From: Rhynchobatus australiae
Taxonomy: Eukaryota
Reading direction: 5' to 3'
DNA length: 64,000 bases
Assembly (NCBI GenBank): GCA_034780895.1
Contig: JAUZTB010000135.1
Span: 74,080,331-74,144,330, forward strand
In this document: piece by piece, positions 38,003 through 50,234 of the stretch
Layout: the number at the start of each line of letters is the position of its first letter
How positions within the stretch are numbered: the first letter of the stretch is position 1
Position numbers and translations under genes: made by a program
The notes under the pieces: model-generated
The model's database searches: none
What the model was told of the DNA's origin: nothing
The model's input: the letters and a program-made list of their open reading frames with translations, nothing else

Positions 38003-38780
38003 TATTTCAAGAAGGTTCATCACATCAATTCCTGGGATGAAGAGGTTGTCTAATGAGGAATGATTAAAGTGATTGGGCTGATGTTCATTGAGTTTAGAAG
38101 AATGAGAGAAGACTTTATTGAAAAATATAAGATTCTGAGGGGCATCCTTGATGGGGTAATGCTGGGAGGATGTTTCCCCATGTGAGGGAGTCCAGAATTT
38201 GGGGATATACTTAATACTTAATTTGCCGATTTAAGATGGAGGTGAAGAGGAATTTCTTCTTTCAGACAATTCTGAACCTTTGGAATTTTCTATGTAGGCA
38301 AGGCCAGAGAGAGTACAGAGGTGATTCACTAGGATGGAGGGCTCCAGTTCAGACTGGAGAGACATGGTCTGTTTTCCCTAGCACAGAGGAGGTTAAGAAG
38401 AGACGTGATTGAGGCATGTAAAGTTAAGAGGGATAAAGTTAGGACAGACGACTGGAAACGTTTCCCCATATCAGAGGCAGATAAAACTAGAGGTGATGGA
38501 TTGAGGGTAAAGGGTAAGAGATTTAGATGGGATCTGAGGGGATCTTTTTCACCCAGAGAGTGGTGAGTACCTGGAATACACTGCCTGAGGCAGCATTGGA
38601 ATCGGAGACACTGGCAGCATTTAAGAAGTGTCTAGACGTGCATTCAAACCACCTGGGCACCGAAGGCCACAGACCAAGTTCTGGAAAATGGGATTAAAAC
38701 AAATGGGTGCCCATTGTTCAGCATGGACATGGTGGGCCAAATGGCCTGTTTCCGTGCTGGATGACCTGACCACTCTTTGA
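38003..38780 (+). mobile_element. Two adjacent CR1 3' fragments
   Basis: gagtttagaagaatgagagaagac... (38003-38295) and tttttcacccagagagtggtgagtacctggaatacactgcct...gggccaaatggcctgtttcc (38300-38780). Confidence 0.75.
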
Positions 38781-41004
38781 ACTGTGGAGGAAGAGTAATT
38801 CAATGTAGTAAAGGTTGAGAGGGAAGATCTTTGGATTACAGGGGAATTGAAATAAAGGTAGGAGAGGGAAGGAAAGGGGAAGCTGAAAAAGAGTAGGAGA
38901 GGATGTGATGGAGGAGGGGACACTGAGTCTCTTCATCACATGGGTCAGTATGGGGGGTGGTCAAAGTTGATTACTTCAGGCCTAATGTACGGGCTAGGAT
39001 ATTTCAGGAACCTATGGCCAGCCACCTGTTTACCAAATAGCTGCTATAGTCCGATCGAAATCTGGGGCAGAGGGAAGAAAGAGAGGATCCTTCAAGGGCT
39101 TAAAACAAGTAGTTAATTGGTTTACTTATCTACAACATGGCTGCTGGTTGAGACAAATTAATGGTACTCCATAGTGACACTTGGTGGCCAGCATTTGAAA
39201 GTACAAAAATCTTGGTATTACATTGCAATATATTAACTGTATATGTTTTAGCTAATACCCATCTTGTAATCAGAGTTACAATACTACATCTAAATTAACA
39301 ATTTAATTTAGATGGAGTATTTTTTTGTTTAATTTTCTCTTTCCTTGCTTTTTAACTGTCCAATCTTTTAAAGCGCTCCAGTTTTTTTTGGTGAGGCTAT
39401 AATTATTGTTTGAGTGAATTTGGAGGATTTTGCAGAGACAGCATTGATAGCATCATTTCGGTGCTTTGAGGTGCCTGCTGTAGGTAGTACAGGTCTCTAA
39501 AGCATACCAGAGGAGTTGGGACAGACACTGCTGCGTGATAATTCAAGAATCTGGGTCTAGTGTATCTTCAGATACACTTTGCCTCATTTGACCAACAGCT
39601 GTGCTGGTGCATTAAAGGCATTGTGAATCTTATCTTCAATATCTGCCTTTGCTGTGAGGTGCCTCCTAAGCGTGGTCCACTTTTATTCTCGTCTTTCTAT
39701 GAACCAATATCATTTGAGCACATTGTGGCACAGTGTGGGCAGACTGTTAAAGAATCTGTCATACGGATGTTGAGTGCATGCAAGTGCTGGCAGTGTACTT
39801 GACGTGTGATGACCCTTTGAGGGTCTTTGAAATATCTGAAAATTGTGAAAGGTGCAAAATAAAGTGCAATTTTATTCTATTTTCTCACCTTTTGGGGGCT
39901 TAATTTTAGTGCCTCTGCTATTCCTGTTTGCATCTTTTCTGAAAAGGGAAGACTCTTAATTTCAGCTTGGAGGTAGGGAGCAGGACTAAATTTATAGTGC
40001 CATTTGGTGAGCTACTGCTTTTTCTTTGACTCCTGGATAAGCCTCAAATTGATACATTGAAGCTAATCTAGCTCTGTCAAATCTCAGTTTCACTCTTTCT
40101 AACCAGCTTTCCTATTGCCATTGTGCTCTTTTGTTCCTGGCTCCAAACAAAAAAGTGTATGAAAAAGTTGCAACTAAGATTCCTGTAAACAAAGTGGAAT
40201 GAATGTTTGATCGTTTGTTGCTGGTCAGGGGCCTGGCCTGTAATTTCCTGCTCACATGAGCATATTTCACAGCACTGTTTACTTTGGAAAGGAGCTGGAA
40301 TTTGTAGCTAATTAATGCAATTGTGGTAAGTTTGGTTAATCTTTTGGTTTTAACGGCTAACTGAAATTTTGAGAGGGTGATGGTACAAAAATAGAAAAAT
40401 AATAGAAAAATCAATGAACATGTTGGAATACAATTGCCCATCATGGCAGTTCCTCAAAGCATTGACAGCTCTTGACATTGTGTACGTCTTAATTCCTGGA
40501 CTTTGAAAATCTTGTACAGTAAGTACATCACCTTTAGTAAGTTCATTAAAATATTTCTCTGAAATCCTTACATTGTTTTAGAATAGTGCTAAGCAAGTTT
40601 ACAAGGTACTCAGTATTTTGATTGCAAACCACTTCCTTAAAAAAACTACTGCAGTATGCAAATTTTGCGAGGAAGGCATCTAACTCTAGAGCTAACAAGT
40701 CAACAAATTGGCATTATAAATGTTACTGGTTTTAAATCACTAATGTGTGCAAAATATAATGTCTGGAATTTGACTGCTCACTTTGACCTAATTAAATCAC
40801 AGTGCAAAAGTTCTGTTCCCAATTTCTAAATTTTGATTGTCCTTGCCCTATGTTTACTTGTATTGTTTGCTGGGAGTACGTTCAGCCAATTTGTTCAGAT
40901 GCTGCTTCTGCATCTGTGAGGTTGCTTGTAGGGAGCATGAATACATAGGCAGATGATTAGACATGGAAGATTTGCACAATTTGATATTAAAATTGTCTTT
41001 TTAG

Positions 41005-41064
41005 GATACGTCAACTGGTCCAGTTACTGAGAAGATCATGAGTATGCGAATAGTGAAGAAAACG
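41005..41064 (+). CDS. CHD7: CHD7-like exon (equivalent to human exon 6), start of chromodomain 1
   Basis: ctttttAG acceptor, ACG|GTAAGT donor; 60 nt. Encodes DTSTGPVTEKIMSMRIVKKT (compare CHD7 GPVVEKIMSSRSVKK). Too short for the ORF track. Confidence 0.9.
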
Positions 41065-41839
41065 GTAAGTATTTAAAAAGTCTTAAAGTGCAGTATCTGG
41101 GATGTAATTGATTTGCAGCTCCTTCCCAAATTCTTAATTTTCAGTCTGTAGTATAGGTATTTGAACTGTAACAGCTGGTGGCCAGGTAACAGTAGCAATA
41201 TAGAATTTGAGTATATTAAAATCCTTTGGCAGCTGTTGATTATATGGATTGACTGCAATTTAGTATTTGAATGGTTGGCCTTGTACTGAAAAATGATCAG
41301 TGTGAAATGTACTTATTCTGCAAAGAATACATAATTCTGGGTTTATTAGCTTCTGTTTGAGTTTTAAATTTTCCCTGGTAGGGGCTCTATTTTAAATTCC
41401 AACACATTTTGAGATTAGTTTTTAAGATTGCCAACAATAATACTTGTGGCTTCCAGTAGTGCAGCTGCAAACTGGCTGCTGCCTCAGGAAATGGTACATT
41501 TGGCATCTGCTTAACACTGTGGGTTTGGCAGGAAGCCAGGTCGAGGTCAGGTTATTGTGAATGGAGTAGCTGGTGGTTAAGGAGGAGATAAAATGATTCA
41601 TGAGTTGGTTGACACAGTAAGCAGAGTAGTTGGAATTGATAGCTTTTTTTTGTCAGGGTATTGCAGGGGAAAAAAGTAATCTCCGCCAAAGGAAACTTTT
41701 AGTGTTCTTTTCTTTCTAATTCTACTTAAGTACATTACAACTGCGTCTCTAACCACTTCATGGTGGTGAAGTGTCTGGAGACTTAAATGACAAATGGTTT
41801 GTGTTGACGTTGGGTTCTAAAATGTGCTTGTGATTTCAG

Positions 41840-41895
41840 ACGGAGTCTGGAGAAGAAGTTGAAGTAGAAGAACTATTTGTTAAATATAAAAACTA
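41840..41895 (+). CDS. CHD7: CHD7-like exon (equivalent to human exon 7), chromodomain 1
   Basis: tttcAG acceptor, TA|GTAAGT donor; 56 nt, phase 0 to 2. Encodes TESGEEVEVEELFVKYKN(Y); compare CHD7 KESGEEVEIEEFYVKYKN. Confidence 0.93.
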
Positions 41896-43474
41896 GTAAG
41901 TATGTTTGTGGATTCATTTTAAAACTGAAGTGAACTGTAGCACAAACTTTGGAAAGTATTTACTTTGATACCCATGAGAGTTACTGCCCTGCATATGATT
42001 TTGAAAGGCACTGAGTGGAAAATACTGTCTGAATTAGTGTCCCCCTCAATATTGTCTTCAAAGCCTCTGTCTGACTGAGAAACTGCATATGTTGTATTTC
42101 TGAATCTCAAACAGTTATCTACAATATAATTTTCATAAACAGTTTAAAGCATTGCAAATAAACAGGAAGGAAATAGACTAATGAAAAAGCAGCAAAAATA
42201 AACTGAACAAGTAGCAGCAGAGATAAGAAAATAAAGCTGCAGCAGCAAGCTCTAATTGTCAAGAAGCAGAAGGGAGACCAATGGAATCAGTGAAAGGAGA
42301 AATATTTTAAAATTGAAAGCCCTTAAACTGCTACCATCTTATGTCAATAACTGGAGGCTGAAATATTAAGTTTTGCATTCTAACAAGCTTTTAATAATAT
42401 AAAATGTAATAGAAATGCTTAGACCATGCAGCAAGTATTGAAAGAGATATAAACTTGTCTACTTTGCATCCCTTCTTCCAACGTGCAAGGTAGTGTGATG
42501 GAACAGGTTTTAAGCAAGTATGAGTGCATGAAAGGTGGGACTATAGGGGAAAAGAGGAAAGAACAAAAGGGATGTTTTGTAATAAGTTGGAAGGTCAGAA
42601 ACATTAAATGATCAGCAGGAGCATTGCCAAAATGTGCTGTCTTAACAAAGCAGTCATAATGAGCTGGTAATCTCCTTGATTCAAGATAAATTCCTCCACA
42701 ATGATTGCCATGAATTGAAGGTAGATATTCAGTATCTCTGTATTTTGCATATAATAATGCAAAATAAGCTCTATTGACCATATTTTTCATGAATGTGCTT
42801 TTACCACTGATTTGGTAGCACAGTGGTTACATCTTGGCTCAGAGTGAAAGGATTTAGGAACCCAGCAGGCACAGACATTATGCAATTGTCACCAATTGCA
42901 ATTTACACCAGTAATCTATAAATGCACCAGTTCAAATATGCATGTTGCTGTGAAATTTAATCATCCTTACAATGCAGGATAGATTATCAGAATAGATTTT
43001 TTAATTCATACATCCGTGAATATGGGTGTAATTTACAAATATAACTGGTATCCAGCCTAAGACTTACCAAATTGTGTTGTTTTATACAGAGTTGCTGGCT
43101 TTCTACCCCTTCCCTTGCCCTTATTAAGGGTTTTTTTTGAAAATGGTATTCCATTATTTGTACAAATCTAAACATGTTATCTACAAATATCTTAAAGGTT
43201 GAAAGTTATTTTGAAGTGATTGATTTTGAGCCGGGGGGCTGGGTGGGGGGGAGGTGAAGGTGGGAGGCAGGCAATCTATAGCTGACTTTAACACTTAAAA
43301 GTGCTAGTGGTTTGTTTTTTGTTTCATATAACACTAAACCCACATCCTCCACATAATTTATCCTCCCAACTTGTACAGTCCAGAGGCTTCCACGATCAAT
43401 GTCATCATTGAAGCTGCTCATTGACAGTGCTAAAATGAGGAAGATCAGTGTTAGTGTAGTTGATATCTGTACTG

Positions 43475-43640
43475 AATGAAAATCAAAAAACTTCAGATGT
43501 TGAAAATCTGAAATAGACAAAGTGCTGGGAATACTCAGCATGTCAGACAGCATCTGTGGAAAGAGAAACAGTTAACACTTTAGGTTAAATGGTTTTCCAC
43601 TTGAAATGTTAACTCTGCTTCTCATTCTACTGATACTTCC
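43475..43640. mobile_element. Short palindromic Penelope terminal-repeat derivative
   Basis: Left arm ...catctgtggaaagagaaacagttaacactttagg and right arm cttgaaatgttaactctgcttctcattctactgat... are imperfect reverse complements. Confidence 0.55.
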
Positions 43641-43689
43641 AGCATCTTCTGATCTTGATTAATGTTAGTATCTACACTAATTTTATAAA

Positions 43690-43965
43690 CTTTAGTTGAG
43701 GGCAGGATACCATTTGTGTTGTGACAGTTGTATGTCACATGGGCTGAGTTCTGTCCAGACCAGCTGATTTGATATTCATCTATTAATTGAATTGGGAATA
43801 ACTACGAATTACTGACCATGGGGCAACTTCCTCAATTTCCTTCTGGTGGGGGTGGGAAGAACTACTTATCAAGGGGCAAGGTAGAATTATACCCATCAAT
43901 TATGAAACTCTGCTCAGATCAAATATTGAATCTGGACTATGGTCTGTATGCCTCCTACTGAGGAA
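43690..43965 (-). mobile_element. Ancient tRNA-derived SINE remnant (family uncertain)
   Basis: Degenerate reversed tRNA-like head: cagatcaaatattgaatctggactatggtctgtatgcctc. Confidence 0.35.
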
Positions 43966-44149
43966 ACTAAAATGACATTGCTGAAGAATAAAGTTGTTCT
44001 GTTTTGTACTTTACAAATTAATTTGGAGTTGGTCAATCCTAATTTTGCTCAGTCCACATAGATTCATGAGTAGAAATGGGCAGGATTATTTCTGTAAGAG
44101 ATGTTAATCCATTTTTATCAGAGATAAACTTTTCTCTGAATCAGTATCT

Positions 44150-45778
44150 ACACAAAAAGCAAAATACCTCAGATGTTGGAAATCTGAAATATAATAGGTC
44201 GGGCAGCATCTGTGGAGGGAGAAACTGGTAGTGTTTCAACAGAACTGGGGAAAGTTAGAAAGTTTTGAGTTGCAGAGAAAAGGGGAGGATCCAGCAGGAG
44301 AAAAGTGAAATTCTGTGATTGGTCGGAAGTCAGGAGAGTGAATGATAGTGGTGTAACTGGCTAAGGGAGAATCATAAAGGCTAGTGATTAACAAAAGGTC
44401 TTTCTACAAAGGTGCAAATGGAGAAGACAAATTGAAATCTAAATTTGCCATGAGAGGGGAAAAAAAATGCTGAAATTGAGAATCAAGGCTGGAAGCTGAT
44501 TGTCTAACGCTGTTGGTTTTTACTGTTGAATCTGGGAGGCCTCGTCANNNNNNNNNNGATGAGGTGCTGGGTGTTGAGCTTAATTAGAATAATGTAGGAG
44601 TCCAGAAAGAAATAAGAGTGAGATGGAGAATTAAAATGACAGGAAACTGGATTTTGGGGTTCTCCATATGGACTAACCAGGTGTTCTGCACAGCGGTCAC
44701 CTAATCGGTGTTTTGGTCTCTGTTGTAGAAGTGTATCATGAACACAATGCCATGTATAAAATCAGAAGTAGTACAAGTAAATCACTGCTCCACCTGGAAA
44801 CAATTTAGCTTCCTAGACCTGGGAAGGGAGGAAGTAAAAGAGCAAGTGTTAAATCTTTGATTTTGTGGGAAAGTGGGTATCATGAGTTAAAGGTAAACCA
44901 GACCATCCTGGAGGGAACTGCCTCTTCAGGATCTTGGAGGGTGGTACTGATGTGTCTAGTTCTGGCATTGACTTGGAGATAGCAAAAAATTACTGAAATT
45001 TATTGATGGAGCTGAAGATGAGGATAAGTGGATCACTGTTTTTGTTCTAGGTGGGAACAACAGAACTGCAGGAAATGGAACAGATGCAGTTGAGATANNN
45101 NNNNNNNNNNNNNNNNNNNNNNNNNNNNNNNNNNNNNNNNNNNNNNNNNNNNNNNNNNNNNNNNNNNNNNNNNNNNNNNNNNNNNNNNNNNNNNNNNGAT
45201 AAAGACATTACGGAGGCACCGGTGTGGAAAATGTTGTTGTCTGAACAGATGCAATGGAGAGTGGAATGGGATCCTTACAGGAAGCAGGGTGGGAATCTGT
45301 GAGCATGTAGTGTATACTGGTTGCCAACCTGACCCACGAAAGATTAAATGGGAAAGGAAAAATCAGAAATGCGCCATACAGAAATGAGGGCAGGGTGGAA
45401 ATTGGCAGCAAAGCTGTTGAAACTCAAGTTCCATTGGAGGATAGGAAATAGCAGTGATAGTCATCAATACACTGGAATAAATCGGGAGTAGGTAGATAGG
45501 TGCTGAGTACGATTGAAGCAGTATCCCACAAAGATTCATGGCTTTAGGTGCATGCAAAATTCCCAAAGCCACACCATTTATTTAGAGGTAGTGAGTGGAG
45601 TTAAAGGGGCAATTCTTCACTAGAAGTTCAGCTAAGTTTAAGAGGGTGGTAGTTGAGTCCCTGTTTCAAGAAAGATGTGAAGGGCTTGCAAGCAATTCCA
45701 GAACATAGATGGTTTGGATATCCTTGATGAAAGTGAACTGAATGAATCCAGGAAAATTAAAAGTTGAGAGTATCAGAA
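44150..45778 (-). mobile_element. Longer Penelope-like element remnant (RT C-terminal half, GIY-YIG and terminal repeat)
   Basis: Minus-strand peptides TDSHPASCKDPIP (RT C-terminus), LLQSYSAPI, and TFPQNQRFNTCSFTSSL...FQVEQ*FTCTTS (linker/GIY-YIG); terminal repeat at 44150-44260; runs into a gap. Confidence 0.7.
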
Positions 45779-46530
45779 NNNNNNNNNNNNNNNNNNNNNN
45801 NNNNNNNNNNNNNNNNNNNNNNNNNNNNNNNNNNNNNNNNNNNNNNNNNNNNNNNNNNNNNNNNNNNNNNNNNNNNNNNNNNNNNNNNNNNNNNNNNNNN
45901 NNNNNNNNNNNNNNNNNNNNNNNNNNNNNNNNNNNNNNNNNNNNNNNNNNNNNNNNNNNNNNNNNNNNNNNNNNNNNNNNNNNNNNNNNNNNNNNNNNNN
46001 NNNNNNNNNNNNNNNNNNNNNNNNNNNNNNNNNNNNNNNNNNNNNNNNNNNNNNNNNNNNNNNNNNNNNNNNNNNNNNNNNNNNNNNNNNNNNNNNNNNN
46101 NNNNNNNNNNNNNNNNNNNNNNNNNNNNNNNNNNNNNNNNNNNNNNNNNNNNNNNNNNNNNNNNNNNNNNNNNNNNNNNNNNNNNNNNNNNNNNNNNNNN
46201 NNNNNNNNNNNNNNNNNNNNNNNNNNNNNNNNNNNNNNNNNNNNNNNNNNNNNNNNNNNNNNNNNNNNNNNNNNNNNNNNNNNNNNNNNNNNNNNNNNNN
46301 NNNNNNNNNNNNNNNNNNNNNNNNNNNNNNNNNNNNNNNNNNNNNNNNNNNNNNNNNNNNNNNNNNNNNNNNNNNNNNNNNNNNNNNNNNNNNNNNNNNN
46401 NNNNNNNNNNNNNNNNNNNNNNNNNNNNNNNNNNNNNNNNNNNNNNNNNNNNNNNNNNNNNNNNNNNNNNNNNNNNNNNNNNNNNNNNNNNNNNNNNNNN
46501 NNNNNNNNNNNNNNNNNNNNNNNNNNNNNN

Positions 46531-47320
46531 AATTGCAGTTTTCTGTTCCATTTGCAATTCCAAGCAGCGCAAGCAATATATGCTTGGGCTGAAGAATGGG
46601 AAGTAACATTCAAATCATACTAGTGGCAGCCAACAAACATCTCTTAGTCTTCGAACAAACTCCCCTTAACCTTCAATAACACTACCATCGCTGACACCCT
46701 CCACCCCACCAAAATCTAGGATTAGTATTGCCCAGAAGCTATTTTGGGACAACTGCATACTATTTTGGCTATAAAAATGCGTCACACACTTCCTATTCAG
46801 TATTTACTCAATTCCTAACTTCCCAAAGCCATTCCCACCATCTAGAAAGCACAGTTCATGAATGTTGAGGAAATGCTCTGAACTTGTCTGCATGAATACA
46901 ACTCCAATAATCCTTACAACCTGAACTTCTGAGACGAGCTGTTTGATTGGCACCCATTCCCAACCCTGAATGTTCACTCCCTCTCCCACTAGGCCGTTGT
47001 AACTGAAATATTTTTATTGCTTCACTTTGCATGCATGTTGCGCTGATGCAACTCGCCAAACAAGACTACCTTGACAATACCTCTTAAACTTGTGAATGCT
47101 ACTATTTAGACACATGAAGGAATGAAGTGGCTGCCACACATTCTTTTAAGCCATGTACCATTTGGACTTGGGGCTATATCATCTATCCCATACTGGACAA
47201 ATATTCTGGAACTCTACCCAACACCACTGAAATATCTTCAAGTGGACTGTAGCATTTCAAGGTTGCTCAGCACCTCGCCTCCCATCAAGGTCATTTAGGA
47301 TAGGACGACAACCTCCAAAT
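46531..47320 (+). mobile_element. Decayed CR1/L2-group LINE 3' half
   Basis: gcttgggctgaagaatgggaagtaacattc (AWAEEWEVTF); colinear with 59560-60390. Confidence 0.55.
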
Positions 47321-47633
47321 CCTATGAAAGAAAAATAGTCATGTTATTCTGAAAACTAATTCTGTGTAGACTGAAATGTTACATCAATTTGATTATGCAC
47401 AAATATTCTTGAACCTTTTTGTTCTATTACATTTCAGAGGAATTAAAATATTAACCCTTCCCCTACCCCACCCAAGGCAAGTATAATTGGGTTGTTAATG
47501 TTTCTAGCTTCAATGCAATAAGTGCAGTATTCATAATTTTGGTGACATGAATTGTGACTATTTTTTTCCTTTCACCACCACCACCCTGTCCTTTCTCTCT
47601 TCCCCACCCCCACCCTCCAACCACACCCTTCAG

Positions 47634-47751
47634 TTCTTACCTTCATTGTCAGTGGACCACTGTGGAGCAACTGGCAAAGGACAAGAGAATTCATCAGAAG
47701 ATTAAACGCTTCAAAGCAAAGCAGGCACAAATGAATAAGTTTCTCACGGAG
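47634..47751 (+). CDS. CHD7: CHD7-like exon (equivalent to human exon 8), end of chromodomain 1 and linker
   Basis: cttcAG acceptor, GAG|GTCAGC donor; 118 nt, phase 2 to 0. Encodes (Y)[39 protein letters not shown]. Confidence 0.95.
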
Positions 47752-50234
47752 GTCAGCATTTTATTTTTATAGATTAGTAAATCTGCCATTGTGTTGCTCA
47801 GAAATCCATTTATAAAATTGTTTCTAAGGCATTTTCCATTTTCATGTTTNNNNNNNNNNNNNNNNNNNNNNNNNNNNNNNNNNNNNNNNNNNNNNNNNNN
47901 NNNNNNNNNNNNNNNNNNNNNNNNNNNNNNNNNNNNNNNNNNNNNNNNNNNNNNNNNNNNNNNNNNNNNNNNNNNNNNNNNNNNNNNNNNNNNNNNNNNN
48001 NNNNNNNNNNNNNNNNNNNNNNNNNNNNNNNNNNNNNNNNNNNNNNNNNNNNNNNNNNNNNNNNNNNNNNNNNNNNNNNNNNNNNNNNNNNNNNNNNNNN
48101 NNNNNNNNNNNNNNNNNNNNNNNNNNNNNNNNNNNNNNNNNNNNNNNNNNNNNNNNNNNNNNNNNNNNNNNNNNNNNNNNNNNNNNNNNNNNNNNNNNNN
48201 NNNNNNNNNNNNNNNNNNNNNNNNNNNNNNNNNNNNNNNNNNNNNNNNNNNNNNNNNNNNNNNNNNNNNNNNNNNNNNNNNNNNNNNNNNNNNNNNNNNN
48301 NNNNNNNNNNNNNNNNNNNNNNNNNNNNNNNNNNNNNNNNNNNNNNNNNNNNNNNNNNNNNNNNNNNNNNNNNNNNNNNNNNNNNNNNNNNNNNNNNNNN
48401 NNNNNNNNNNNNNNNNTGTGATGCCCCTTTGGGATATTATTATCAACTGCATTGTAAAAGTTAACAATCCTCTGTTTTTACTGTATGTGCTTTATCAAGG
48501 TTAAAAGCACATCGAATTACTGTACCAAAATTTTCTATTGCATATTTTATAGTAATACTTGCTCCAATTTCATAATACTGTACACTTGCTATTGTTCCTT
48601 GTTGCTTCTGAAATGACAGCAATGACTTGTGATGAGGAGCAGAGCCTGCAAAACATCTGTAGTGGAAAAGAATGTCATTTTGATTGTACACATCTGAATC
48701 ATTGAATTTAATTTGTCTTTTTGTGAATAAACCTTAAGGGGAAATTTTCTGGGATCATTTCAATACCTAGTTTTTGTTGCACCCATTCACTTTAGGTAAC
48801 GACACAGTTCACAATGTAAGCTTCAGTCTGTGATATTGCAGTTTGGCTTGACTAATTTGGTGTAACAGCTGAGTGAGAAGACATTGTAATAAGATTTCTT
48901 AAAAAATAGCTGGGATTACCGAGCATATTATAATTCCTGAAAATTGGTGGGGGGGGGGGGGGTGGGGTTCGAAGGCTGAAGATCTGACCTAAATATTTTG
49001 GAGTTTGTCAGTGCAGGCAACCTTTGTGTATAGACGACCAGNNNNNNNNNNNNNNNNNNNNNNNNNNNNNNNNNNNNNNNNNNNNNNNNNNNNNNNNNNN
49101 NNNNNNNNNNNNNNNNNNNNNNNNNNNNNNNNNNNNNNNNNCGAAGGCTGAAGATCTGAACTAAATATTTTGGAGATGCTCAGTGCAGGCAACATTTGTG
49201 AATAGAAGAACAGATTTAACATTTCAGAGTGGTAACTTTAAGAATGGAGACATATTTTATAAATATAATATGTTTAACTTGCAGAAAAGCAGGAGGGTGA
49301 TGGGGAAATGGAGAGAATAATGTCTGTTAGGGTGGAAACCAAGAAGAGATGAGTGGCACGGACTATTGTCAACTTTGAGGGTGTGCTGAAGACACATTCT
49401 TGCAATATAATCTTTCTCAAGGAGGGTACTAATAGAAGAATAGAGGGAAATAAAAAGCTTTAACTGAGAGCTGTAGAATACAGCAGTTTCTGGAAACTTG
49501 AAATAAAAAATGCTAGGAAGGTCCAGTGGGTCAGACAACATTTGTGGAGAGAGAACACCTAGATTACATCAGAACTGAACAGAGATTGAAAAGCAAAACA
49601 AAATGCAAATGCTGGAAGTCTGAAACCAAAACTCTCAGCAGGCTATACAAGTTGTAAGTGCAATTTTGGTACTGTTTCAGGAAGCCCACTTATGAAATAA
49701 TTTAATGAGCTGGATCATGTTGCTTTTCAGCTGGCCTCTTTGTAGAAAACATCAGCTAGTTACTTCTGCTCTATCCTTCCATGCTTATGCTTTGCAGCAC
49801 AGAATTTTGGAACAGTCTAGAGATCAGATTCTGCCACATCTGACCTCTTGCTTCACCACTAGACTCAGCTTTTAGTTCAGGACAGAGCACGGTGTCTTGA
49901 GCTGAGGGACCAAATGTATTACACATCCTTGAGCATTATACCAGGGATGGCTGGTGGATGTAGCATAGCCTCATTCTTTTTATTGAAAGGGTAATTGCTG
50001 GTACATGTATTTTGTTATTTTACTTAACCTTAATGCACATAACTATTTCTAGCTCTTAAAGGGGTTTCTAAATAAATTTATTTTTAGCTTTCCCTGATAT
50101 TATTTGAATCCTTTTGAATAGGTTTTAAATGTCTCGGAACTATTAAATGTCAAAGACAAGCTGCTAAAAGAACATTAGAGTGGTGCTGGGCTTCACCTGA
50201 GGCCTAGTCACCACTTCATCATCTTCCAGGATGC

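Noticed and set aside
45666-48504. Longest ORFs in the track (200-315 aa)
   Set aside because: They consist almost entirely of X residues read through assembly gaps.
48946-48968. G-run as a functional G-quadruplex (also about 20063-20102)
   Set aside because: Simple homopolymer tracts with no supporting context; the 48946 run is next to an assembly gap.
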